Below, one piece after another: positions 17,075-25,366 of a stretch of DNA of 56,464 nt. The stretch's first letter is position 1, and each line of letters begins with the position of its first letter. This DNA comes from an uncultured virus (IMG/VR IMGVR_UViG_3300046520_000318). Taxonomy: Duplodnaviria > Heunggongvirae > Uroviricota > Caudoviricetes. The stretch lies in the IMG/VR virus record IMGVR_UViG_3300046520_000318; one strand, 5' to 3'. Under the pieces are notes generated by a model. That model made no database searches, had not been told where the DNA came from, and saw only the letters and a program-made list of their open reading frames with translations. Position numbers and translations under genes: made by a program.

Positions 17075-17843
17075 CGAAATCGCACAACTGGCCGGGGCGA
17101 TCTGCGCCACCGCAGAAACTTTGGGCCAAACCATCAGTGCAGGCGCGGCTCAGCTGATGGCTGAAGACCTCGCTGAATACTCAGCAGGCGAAATTCGCAA
17201 AGCGCTCCAGTCCTGCCGGCGTGAACTGACCAGCAAGCTGACCTTGGCCGCAGTGCTCAGCCGTATTCAGGCCGAGGACGGCCGCCCGGGCCGCGATGAG
17301 GCATGGGCGATCGCGCTGGCCTCGAACGATGAGTTCGACACTGTCGTAATGACCGACGAAATCCAGCTGGCCCTGAATGCCGCCCGCCCGGTGCTGGACG
17401 TAGGCGACAAGGTCGGCGCGCGCATGGCGTTCATCAGTGCTTACGACCGGTTCGTCACTGAGGCTCGCACCAACGCCCAGGCAGTGAACTGGCACATCTC
17501 GCTCGGGTTCGACGCTGGTCGCCGCGTGGCCGCCATCAACAAGGCCGCCGAGCTGCAGCGCATTCCGCAAGAACGTGCACAGCTGCTGATCGCTGACATG
17601 AGCCACGAACCAGTCACTGAAGACGGTCGCGCCATCGCGGGACTGCTCACCGGCACAGTCGTTAAGCCGTCCGCAAACGTCGCAATCAAAATCCGCGAAT
17701 TGAAGCAGGCCATGCACCTGCAAAACGCCAAACGCAAGCTGGTCGAGGCTCACCGTCGCCGCCGGGAACGTCGCGACCTCAACGAGCGTGTGATCAAGCA
17801 CATGGAAGCCATCGAAGAGCTTCAGAAACGGAGGGCTTCCTGA
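17061..17843 (+). CDS. Replication protein (P-position, putative helicase loader)
   Basis: Overlaps initiator 3' end; DGRPGRDEAWA motif common in this slot. Confidence 0.65.
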   Translation: MLSSDEIAQLAGAICATAETLGQTISAGAAQLMAEDLAEYSAGEIRKALQSCRRELTSKLTLAAVLSRIQAEDGRPGRDEAWAIALASNDEFDTVVMTDEIQLALNAARPVLDVGDKVGARMAFISAYDRFVTEARTNAQAVNWHISLGFDAGRRVAAINKAAELQRIPQERAQLLIADMSHEPVTEDGRAIAGLLTGTVVKPSANVAIKIRELKQAMHLQNAKRKLVEAHRRRRERRDLNERVIKHMEAIEELQKRRAS

Positions 17844-18352
17844 TGGCAATCACCGAATCTCGCCAACTCCAGCTGCTCGCCGGCCAATCCTCAATCGCCA
17901 GGAAGGTTTTCGAGTTCGTCCCGATTCAGGACGTCTGGAGCACGCACGACATTCACAACGCATCCGTAGCTGCAAATGCAACGGGCGTTTCCTCCTACGC
18001 CGTTCGCCGCGCTCTGGGCGAACTCAAAGACGCCGGGCTTATCCGCGAGCCAGTCGGCGGCAAGTTTCAGCGTGACGCAGCGACCCAAAAGACCAAGAAG
18101 GAGCCAGTCGTGACTCAAGTAGCCAAGCCGACCTTAGTAGCGATCAAGAAGCCTGAAAGCGCGCTGGATGTTCTGGCAGCCCTGTCTGGCGAAGTGGTGA
18201 GCCTGTCCGATGAGTTCAGCAAACGCATGAAGGCAATGGCCGCCCGCATTGAAGAAGTCGCGCTTTCTGTTGCTGCCGAGCAGGAGAGCAATGCGGAAGC
18301 GCTCGGAAAGCTCAAACAGTTGCAGTCACTGCTGAAGGGTATGGCGTCATGA
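17843..18352 (+). CDS. Hypothetical protein, winged-helix-like plus coiled coil
   Basis: TGATG-coupled ORF; VRRALGELKDAGLIRE. Confidence 0.7.
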   Translation: MAITESRQLQLLAGQSSIARKVFEFVPIQDVWSTHDIHNASVAANATGVSSYAVRRALGELKDAGLIREPVGGKFQRDAATQKTKKEPVVTQVAKPTLVAIKKPESALDVLAALSGEVVSLSDEFSKRMKAMAARIEEVALSVAAEQESNAEALGKLKQLQSLLKGMAS

Positions 18353-18462
18353 CCAACCGAATCTGGATCGCCCTTGCCATTACCGCCGTCCTTGCCGCCT
18401 ATGGCTTCGGACACCAAGCCCAGAGCGTTGCGCCGAAGCCCTCAGGAGTGTTGTTCAAATGA
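18349..18462 (+). CDS. 37-aa hydrophobic peptide
   Basis: MTNRIWIALAITAVLAAYGFG...; ATGA coupling. Confidence 0.4.
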   Translation: MTNRIWIALAITAVLAAYGFGHQAQSVAPKPSGVLFK

Positions 18463-18567
18463 CCGCCAGCCCCTCGCACTCAATCAGACTTCCGCAAGGC
18501 TTCTTGGCGATGAAGGCTGGCACGGAAATTTTAGTTTCACGCAAATCGCTCTGCAAGGGGGTGAGCC

Positions 18568-19026
18568 GTGGCTGAGAAGATCCGGATCAACTCCCTGGCT
18601 GAGCTATCCAGCGTGAACGCCGCGATCCGCAATAAGGGATTCCCCTGCAATGTGACGATCACCGGCGCCAATCGCAGCCTTCCTCAGAACGCCCTGTTTC
18701 ACAAGTGGTGCGAGTGCGCTGCCCAGTTCTTCGTGAGCATGGGCAAGACCACGTTCGCCACCGGCGCGCCGATGAACATGGAAAACATGAAGCGCAATCT
18801 GAAACTGACCTTCCTCGGGGAAGAGGTGGTGCGCGACATCAACCTGAAGACCGGCGTAGTCACGGAGCGTTACGAACTGCGCCATACCAGCGAGCTCGAC
18901 AAGGGTGAGATGCATTCCTTCATGACCTGCATCGATGCCTGGGCGCACGAACACGGAATCTACCTGCCGCACCCGGAAGACAGCGAGTACATGAAAATGC
19001 GCTGCAACATGGGGGAGGCTGCATGA
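18568..19026 (+). CDS. ninB: NinB-family recombination protein
   Basis: RSLPQNALFHKW and HTSELDKGEM...IDAWA motifs. Confidence 0.75.
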   Translation: MAEKIRINSLAELSSVNAAIRNKGFPCNVTITGANRSLPQNALFHKWCECAAQFFVSMGKTTFATGAPMNMENMKRNLKLTFLGEEVVRDINLKTGVVTERYELRHTSELDKGEMHSFMTCIDAWAHEHGIYLPHPEDSEYMKMRCNMGEAA

Positions 19027-19121
19027 AGACCTTCAAGACTCTGATCAGCGCGTTGGCGACCATCCTCGAAGCGGGGTATCACGCTCAGCCCATGTCGGTT
19101 CAGTTCGGAGGTGGGTTTTGA
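19023..19121 (+). CDS. 32-aa peptide between ninB and ninG
   Basis: GGAGG RBS; 4-nt overlaps with both neighbours. Confidence 0.35.
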   Translation: MKTFKTLISALATILEAGYHAQPMSVQFGGGF

Positions 19122-19735
19122 TCGGACAGGCAGTTAAGAAGTCGCCACGGGCGCGTAAGCAAAAGACCTGCGCCAATCCGGAATGCGCCACCAAGTTCGT
19201 CCCGGCCAAGCTGGGGCAGAAGGTTTGCGGCTGGGCGTGCGGCCTTGCCATTGCTCCGGCGAATCAGGACAAGGCCCGCAAGGCGCTGGCACAGATCGAG
19301 CGCAAGGAAGTCAGGGCACGCAAGGAGAAGCTGAAGAGCAGGGCAGAACACATGCGCGAGGCTCAGACAGAGTTCAACGCCTTCATCCGCTTGCGCGACG
19401 CGCAACTGCCATGCATCAGCTGCGACTCGGTCGCCACCGATGATGGGTTGATCACCGGCAGCCGCTGGGATGCCGGCCACTACCGATCAGTCGGCGCCTG
19501 TCCTGAACTGCGATTCGAGCCGTTCAACGTCCACCGCCAGTGCGTGCGCTGTAACCGCAACCTGTCCGGCAACGCGGTCGAGTACCGCATTCGTCTGGTG
19601 ATCAGGATCGGTGCAGAAAAGCTGGAATGGCTCGAAGGGCCACATGAGGCACGCAAATACACCATCCCGGATTTGCAAGAGATCAAAGCGCAGTACCGGG
19701 CGAAAATCAGAGAGCTGAAGGGGAGAGCAGCATGA
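19118..19735 (+). CDS. ninG: NinG/Rap-like endonuclease
   Basis: FNAFIRLRD..PCISC, WDAGHYRSVGA, NVHRQCVRCN. Confidence 0.9.
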   Translation: MIGQAVKKSPRARKQKTCANPECATKFVPAKLGQKVCGWACGLAIAPANQDKARKALAQIERKEVRARKEKLKSRAEHMREAQTEFNAFIRLRDAQLPCISCDSVATDDGLITGSRWDAGHYRSVGACPELRFEPFNVHRQCVRCNRNLSGNAVEYRIRLVIRIGAEKLEWLEGPHEARKYTIPDLQEIKAQYRAKIRELKGRAA

Positions 19736-20313
19736 AGATCAATTCCGCACGTCAGGCGTGGCATGACTGCACCTACAACCCGGCGCCGGGCCAAAGTTCG
19801 GACGTCGTTCAGTTGGGTGTGGTGGTCCAAGCCACCGAGCGCGGGCCGACCGCGAACCACGCCGTGCACAGCGCGCTTGCCGGTCACATTCAGTCGACCA
19901 TTGCCAGGCTTCACCCTCAGGTGCGCGTGTTCGGCGAGTACATGTACGCCGCGCACCGCAGCGACGATATCCGCGAGGCAGCGGAGGAAGTGGTTTTCGG
20001 CATGGTCGTCTCCAAGTCCAAACGCATGACAGCGGGCAAGCGGGAGAAGCTCGAGTACGTGGTCAAAGGTGTGATGCGCCGCTATCGGTACATGCACCAA
20101 GGCGGGCAATCCTCCAATGAGGACCCATTAATCAAGCCGGAAGGGTTTCGCTCGTGGCTGATGGCCGAGTATGGCGTGCGTCTGGAATCCTGCAACTGGG
20201 ATCGCGACTGGGAGTGCATGGTTAGGCTCACGTTCGATTGCTGCGAGGACCTGGATCGCATGGCTTTGAGCCCGGTTGGAGCGGTGATTTATCAGATGAA
20301 GGAGGCCGCTTGA
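19732..20313 (+). CDS. Putative late-gene regulator (Q position)
   Basis: Synteny after ninG, immediately followed by promoter and terminator. Confidence 0.6.
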   Translation: MKINSARQAWHDCTYNPAPGQSSDVVQLGVVVQATERGPTANHAVHSALAGHIQSTIARLHPQVRVFGEYMYAAHRSDDIREAAEEVVFGMVVSKSKRMTAGKREKLEYVVKGVMRRYRYMHQGGQSSNEDPLIKPEGFRSWLMAEYGVRLESCNWDRDWECMVRLTFDCCEDLDRMALSPVGAVIYQMKEAA

Positions 20314-20338
20314 CTTCCCGTGCGGCTGAGGGCATCAT
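20310..20338 (+). promoter_or_regulatory. Putative late promoter pR'
   Basis: TTGACT-17-CATCAT overlapping the Q-position stop; -10-like TATATT just downstream. Confidence 0.55.
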
Positions 20339-20380
20339 TTCGCTATATTGAGTATTTTGCCTACGGCAACTTGATGTAAG

Positions 20381-20406
20381 AACCCGGCCTTAGAGTCGGG
20401 TTTTTT
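20381..20406 (+). terminator. tR'-like terminator
   Basis: ACCCGGC-CTTAGA-GTCGGGT followed by T-tract. Confidence 0.75.
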
Positions 20407-20800
20407 ATGGGCAGGATTGAATCTGGCCAGCATCGTTGAAGTAGCAGTTCTTCCCGCGTTCCTTGCTATACCGAAGCCCATTTCCCAATGGCACTCCATT
20501 CCTGTCCTGAAGCTTCTCGTTCAAGCGAGTGCAGGAGGGTGTCCCGCTGTTGCCTCGAAACATCGAGGTCTGTTCTTTGTCGCATTTCGCGCGAAGGTCG
20601 TCAGTAATTTCAACTGTGTGCCTGTCGTAGTCGTTGGACATCTTATCCAGTCGATCGCAAGTCGGCGTTCCGTTATTGTCGCGAAACATTGAGGCGCGCT
20701 CTTTTTCGCATTTCTGCCTCATTTCTTGTACCTGCGGACTGTCTGCCGCCACCGCGACGACGGGGGCCAACAACGCCAGGACAATTACCAGATTTCTCAT
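20405..20800 (-). CDS. Secreted Cys-rich protein with tandem internal repeat
   Basis: Signal peptide MRNLVIVLALLAPVVAVAA; repeats KCEKERASMFRDNNGTPTCDRL / KCDKEQTSMFRGNSGTPSCTRL; AAGGAG RBS. Confidence 0.75.
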   Translation of the reverse strand: MRNLVIVLALLAPVVAVAADSPQVQEMRQKCEKERASMFRDNNGTPTCDRLDKMSNDYDRHTVEITDDLRAKCDKEQTSMFRGNSGTPSCTRLNEKLQDRNGVPLGNGLRYSKERGKNCYFNDAGQIQSCP

Positions 20801-21022
20801 CGACACCACTCCTTGCCGCCGCGCTGTCCTGCCTGTTTTATTTCGCTCAGGCGGCCAGCGTGTGGTTCGTATTCCGCGTGGAAAAAAGAGAGGGCGACTC
20901 CAGAGGGTGCTGTAACACCCAAGGGAGTCGCCAGATCGCAGACAGTACCTGCAAGCCAGCCAAGGCCCTCACTGCTCGCGCGAGCGGGGCGGAGCCTAGC
21001 AGAAAACCATAAGGCTTTGCAG

Positions 21023-21208
21023 ATGTTGAAAGATTGCAGATGTGGAAAGTGCAAAAGACTTCTCGCCCGTATAGGTGGGATGACGGAGCTCCAGATCAAA
21101 TGTTCCCGGTGCGGAACGTTGAATCATGTGAGGGCCACGAGCCCCGAGCTATCGCCTGTGAGCGACATGAAAGCGGAATCCTCCGCTCAAAATCATTCGA
21201 CTCAATAG
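21023..21208 (+). CDS. Com-family (Mu Com-like) zinc-finger regulator
   Basis: DCRCGKCKRLLA...LQIKCSRCGTLN. Confidence 0.8.
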   Translation: MLKDCRCGKCKRLLARIGGMTELQIKCSRCGTLNHVRATSPELSPVSDMKAESSAQNHSTQ

Positions 21209-21216
21209 GTATCGAA

Positions 21217-22074
21217 ATGGCTCTGACGATCTACCCACCAATTGCTCAGAACGGCATCTCAGTCCTGCTACCTCAAACGGAAATTAGACTGGGACAGTAC
21301 CTCCAGTCGCCTAACAAGCGCTGGAAGCTTCTTTTCAAGCAAGAAGATACCGATCTGGTTCTATTCGATGGTGATATTGCGGTCTGGTCAGCTTACTGGG
21401 CGACACCTTATTCTACGCAGGTCTACCCTCAGGTTTATTACGCAGGGGAGTATAGTCGCGTCTATATGAACGGCAGTTTGTCGCTGATGGATCGCGAGCG
21501 CGGTCGGCTTTGGGGTGCGACTACCAGCACACCACTGGATGGCAACGGTGCCGCGGCGGCGGTACGCACCTTCACCCAGCTCCAAGACGACGGGAACCTC
21601 GTCACTATTGATGCGATTCCTGTCTGGGCGACGAACAAATCAATCCCCGTTACGCCCGACATCGAAGCCGCCATCATTCCGCCCGGCACAAGCCTAACTC
21701 CAGGCCAGCAGATTAAGATCGGCTCCTATTTGTTCGTTTTCCAAACCGATGGGAACTTGGTTCTCTACGGCCCAAACAACTCCGTTGTATGGGCTAGCTA
21801 CACTCAGGGCGGAGCCCTTGCTGCAATGCAGGAAGATGGCAACTTCGTGATCTACGACGGCAACATGAAGCCCCTCTGGTACACCGGCACTACCGCCTTC
21901 CCTGGCGCTCATGCACGCATCCAGGCAAACGGTAGCTTTTCCATCGTGGTCCACAAGGTTGTTTGGGCTCGATTTGGATATACGCCAGTGGTTAAAGCAC
22001 GCCCTGTTTATTACCCTGACCACACTAAAGACGAACTTGATACGTTCTATAGCCACGTTATTTACACATTTTAA
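21217..22074 (+). CDS. llpA: Lectin-like bacteriocin (LlpA / putidacin L1 family)
   Basis: Tandem B-lectin domains with QxDxNxVxY motifs (QDDGNLV, QTDGNLVLY, QEDGNFVIY), LQSPNKRWKL, WARFGYTP tail. Confidence 0.9.
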   Translation: MALTIYPPIAQNGISVLLPQTEIRLGQYLQSPNKRWKLLFKQEDTDLVLFDGDIAVWSAYWATPYSTQVYPQVYYAGEYSRVYMNGSLSLMDRERGRLWGATTSTPLDGNGAAAAVRTFTQLQDDGNLVTIDAIPVWATNKSIPVTPDIEAAIIPPGTSLTPGQQIKIGSYLFVFQTDGNLVLYGPNNSVVWASYTQGGALAAMQEDGNFVIYDGNMKPLWYTGTTAFPGAHARIQANGSFSIVVHKVVWARFGYTPVVKARPVYYPDHTKDELDTFYSHVIYTF

Positions 22075-22224
22075 CTGCGGCTGACTTCCCAGAGTGAAGA
22101 CGGCCATGATGAGCAACTGTGGCCTTGGCCGTTGAGATTCCGTATTACAAAGTTGAACTGCAATGCTTGTGAGCCTCGGTATACACCGAGGCCTATTTTT
22201 CATGCCCAGTACGGAGTCGAGCGC

Positions 22225-22554
22225 ATGGACTTTCTACAGCGCCTGTTCGATAAACTGGACTGGGCATTTGCTGGATTGCTTGGCGCCATCGCCGCGAGCT
22301 TCTGGCATCGAGATGACCTGGTAGACCGAAAGGCCTGGGCGATCTTCATTTTCTCCGGCGCTGTAAGCGCCCATTACCTGACAGGACTGATCAGCGCCTA
22401 TCTCGGAGTAGTTGAACCCCGGAGTGTGGCGGGTGTTGGCTTCCTGCTAGGTACCTTCGGGGGGTCGCTCATCGCAGCGATCACCCGGGCCATTAAAGCC
22501 GCTGACCTCTGGGCACTCATTCGCCAGCGGTTCGGGGGAGGCAATCCACCATGA
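22225..22554 (+). CDS. Putative holin
   Basis: 109 aa, three TM segments, basic C-terminus, GGAG RBS. Confidence 0.7.
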   Translation: MDFLQRLFDKLDWAFAGLLGAIAASFWHRDDLVDRKAWAIFIFSGAVSAHYLTGLISAYLGVVEPRSVAGVGFLLGTFGGSLIAAITRAIKAADLWALIRQRFGGGNPP

Positions 22555-22910
22555 ACCTTGAATTGATCAACTCCATTGCCTGCGGCCTGATCGGGCTGTG
22601 GGCTACCTGGTGCGTGCTGAGCGGAAAGGTCCGCGACGGGATCGTCGGCAAGCTGATCTATTCGGCGATCGCCATCAGTGGTTTCGTTGTGATGACGCGA
22701 AACCAGACACTTTTCTTCGGCCCGACCAATGCCGGGCTGACGCTTCACGCATCCCTATGTCTGGCTGGAGTACGCCACATGTTCATGGTCACCTACTGGC
22801 CTGCGGTGAAGAAATGGATCTGCTCGAAGCTGAACTGCGAGCATTGCCTACGTGATCCGCGCTTTGGTGCGCAGCCTGGTCAGGTAGATCGTCGCCGCCG
22901 GCCGCGCTGA
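22551..22910 (+). CDS. Holin-associated membrane protein
   Basis: Three TM segments; coupled to holin. Confidence 0.6.
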   Translation: MNLELINSIACGLIGLWATWCVLSGKVRDGIVGKLIYSAIAISGFVVMTRNQTLFFGPTNAGLTLHASLCLAGVRHMFMVTYWPAVKKWICSKLNCEHCLRDPRFGAQPGQVDRRRRPR

Positions 22911-22968
22911 TCCGCGCCACAAATTAAGATGCGCCCCTTTTGTGGCGCGGGATATTCCGGAGCAAGCC

Positions 22969-23172
22969 ATGCCCAGAAAACCTAAAGAGCAGTTGCCGCC
23001 GCCATTCCAGGAAGCGCCGCCTGCTGTGGATATTAATGCCGAGGTCGGCCATCTCGACCGAGCAATCACGACTGCGCTGAACGCCGCAGTGGCTGGTGGA
23101 CTGCCAAAAGGTTACATAGTCGCGGTGCTACACGCTCACGCTTTGAAGCAGACACAGCAGCTGTTGGGTTGA
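22969..23172 (+). CDS. Hypothetical protein
   Basis: GGAG RBS; 67 aa. Confidence 0.5.
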   Translation: MPRKPKEQLPPPFQEAPPAVDINAEVGHLDRAITTALNAAVAGGLPKGYIVAVLHAHALKQTQQLLG

Positions 23173-23176
23173 GCCC

Positions 23177-23623
23177 ATGACGACCATTGCCTACAAAGAC
23201 GGCGTCATAGCCTATGACTCCCTGATCTGCAGCAACAACTCGGTTACCTACGACGACTACGACAAATGCCATGAGCGCGAAGGCGTGAAGTTCGTCCTGA
23301 CCGGGTACGTGTGCGATTACTCGAAACTGATTGGCGCTTGGTTCGGTGAGCCAGTTACTGGAACGGTTGAGTGCTCGGGCCTGGTGTTTGATGGCAAGAC
23401 CCTGGTCTATGCCGCGTACAACGCTGAGCACGGACTGTGCAAAACACCGGTTTGGCTTGAGCGTCCATATGTGTTGGGCAGTGGCTCCGATCACGCCATG
23501 ACTGCGACGGACATGGGCGCCACTGCTGCTGAGGCGGTGGAGATGGCGAAGAAGCGGGATACTAGTACGTGCGGGCTGGTTCGAACCCTAAAACTTGCAG
23601 CATTCGCTGTCTCTAACTGCTAG
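23177..23623 (+). CDS. Ntn-hydrolase (proteasome beta/HslV-like) protein
   Basis: MTTIAY...IAYDS N-terminus, LGSGSDHA, AVEMAKKRD..TCG. Confidence 0.75.
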   Translation: MTTIAYKDGVIAYDSLICSNNSVTYDDYDKCHEREGVKFVLTGYVCDYSKLIGAWFGEPVTGTVECSGLVFDGKTLVYAAYNAEHGLCKTPVWLERPYVLGSGSDHAMTATDMGATAAEAVEMAKKRDTSTCGLVRTLKLAAFAVSNC

Positions 23624-23662
23624 TGCTATCGTTACGCCACCCTTGAAGAATGGTAGCGCATA

Positions 23663-23929
23663 ATGGCCACAGGTATTTTGTTGAGTAACTGCGTGGACGT
23701 TCGTCTTGATAACATCTCGATGAATGGGATGGATAACGCGTTCGAGATCTATGATTCGGACGACATAAAGATGAACGACATCGATTTAAGGGCAACGCGC
23801 ACAGCCGTAAAGGGAGAGCGGATTAGAAGATTGACCGCGAAATCCGTTACTCATAGCGAGGAAGGTTGGCTGCCTTGTGTAACGCCTCTGGCGATGGCTG
23901 TGCGGAGGATTGCGCATGGCGATGTTTGA
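23663..23929 (+). CDS. Hypothetical protein with beta-helix-like repeats
   Basis: GILLSNCVDVRLDNISM / AFEIYDSDDIKMNDIDL periodicity. Confidence 0.5.
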   Translation: MATGILLSNCVDVRLDNISMNGMDNAFEIYDSDDIKMNDIDLRATRTAVKGERIRRLTAKSVTHSEEGWLPCVTPLAMAVRRIAHGDV

Positions 23930-24176
23930 TCTGAAGGACTCCGAGGACATCAAAATCTCCGACTGCCACACTGATTCGTCAACGCTTGTAATTGGTGAAG
24001 GTCTGAAGCGTATTGAGGCCCACAGCTCGTCGGCAATCACTGGACCAGCGCCGGTCAGTCGGAAGCCTAGGATTTTGGGGTTCCTTATCAATCATACAGC
24101 TGCTTCGTTGGTCAGCCTGGGTATCGGTTTGCTCATTGCCTACCTTACCTACAGATTCGGCTGGACGAGTAACTAG
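23916..24176 (+). CDS. Hypothetical protein with C-terminal TM helix
   Basis: GGAGGA RBS; MFDLKDSEDIKISD resembles upstream ORF. Confidence 0.55.
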   Translation: MAMFDLKDSEDIKISDCHTDSSTLVIGEGLKRIEAHSSSAITGPAPVSRKPRILGFLINHTAASLVSLGIGLLIAYLTYRFGWTSN

Positions 24177-24196
24177 CTGGCAGCCAAGGGGCGGCG

Positions 24197-24820
24197 ATGA
24201 AAAGACTAGTGCCGCCCTCGTCGTTGATTGAACTGTCTGAACTCTCCGACTTCGGCATTCGCCTGACACCTGCACCTGAAGTATGGGAATGGATTCAAGG
24301 TGAAATCCTTGCAGACTCCGGAAGCATCCATAACGAAGACCACGCTCATCTGATCGACGCAGATATCGCGGTGATGTGGGCATCAGCCAGCTTCGAGAAG
24401 CAGGGTCGCCGGGTGCTGGGCCAGGCCGAGCAAGTTGCGTTCCGCACAGGGGGTTGGCAGAAGGCTCGGATGGAGCAGCAGATGTTCGAGTGGTTCGGCG
24501 GTGTGCCGACCTTCATCATCACTCTCGCTGCTGACTACTGCTCGTCCTGCTCCGACACCGAGTTCTGCGCTCTCATCGAGCATGAGCTTTATCACCTGGC
24601 CCAAGCGACTGACAAATACGGGCAGCCTGCCTTCACGCAGGACGGCGCGCCAAAGCTGAAACTCCAGGGCCACGATGTCGAAGAGTTCGTCGGTGTCGTC
24701 CGCCGCTATGGGGCGAGCGCGCAGGTGCAGGAGATGGTCGACGCTGCACAACAGCCGCCAGAGGTGGCAAAGATCAACATTGCGAGGGCCTGCGGAACCT
24801 GTCTGCTCAAGTCCGCCTGA
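24197..24820 (+). CDS. Phage putative metallopeptidase
   Basis: LIEHELYH (HExxH) and GHDVEEFVGVVRRYG. Confidence 0.85.
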   Translation: MKRLVPPSSLIELSELSDFGIRLTPAPEVWEWIQGEILADSGSIHNEDHAHLIDADIAVMWASASFEKQGRRVLGQAEQVAFRTGGWQKARMEQQMFEWFGGVPTFIITLAADYCSSCSDTEFCALIEHELYHLAQATDKYGQPAFTQDGAPKLKLQGHDVEEFVGVVRRYGASAQVQEMVDAAQQPPEVAKINIARACGTCLLKSA

Positions 24821-24850
24821 CTTTGACAGCACTTTGACGGACGTTCCCCT

Positions 24851-25366
24851 ATGGCAGCACTCAGAGACGAGGTGAAAGCCTTTGTAGTACAGGCGCTCGC
24901 TTGCTTTGACACGCCATCTCAAGTCGTAGCATCCGTCAAAGCTGAATTCGGCCTTGATGTATCTCGCCAGCAGTGCGAAGCGTATGACCCAACGAAGTAT
25001 GTTGGCCGCAATTTGCATGTGAAGTGGAAGACGTTGTTCGAGGACACTCGCAAGCGGTTTCGAGAACAGGCCGCTGAGGTGCCGATTGCCAATCGTGCGT
25101 TTCGTCTTCGTGCACTTGCTCGGATGGCTGACAAAGCCGAGACGATGCGAAATCTTCCGCTGGCGGTGCAGATCATCGAGCAGGCTGCCAAGGAGAGTGG
25201 CGACGTGTACGTCAACCGACGCACAGACCCAGATAAGTCGCTGGACGAAGAAATCAAACGTCTTGAGATTGAGAAGCGCAAAGCGGAACTGAAGGTGATC
25301 GAGAAGGGCGGCGGCAACTCAAACGCCCAGCTGCTGGCCGATCTGATCGCGAGGCTGCCGTCATGA
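24851..25366 (+). CDS. Terminase small subunit (DUF2280 family)
   Basis: VKAFVVQALACFDTPSQV...IANRAFRL; upstream of large subunit. Confidence 0.85.
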   Translation: MAALRDEVKAFVVQALACFDTPSQVVASVKAEFGLDVSRQQCEAYDPTKYVGRNLHVKWKTLFEDTRKRFREQAAEVPIANRAFRLRALARMADKAETMRNLPLAVQIIEQAAKESGDVYVNRRTDPDKSLDEEIKRLEIEKRKAELKVIEKGGGNSNAQLLADLIARLPS

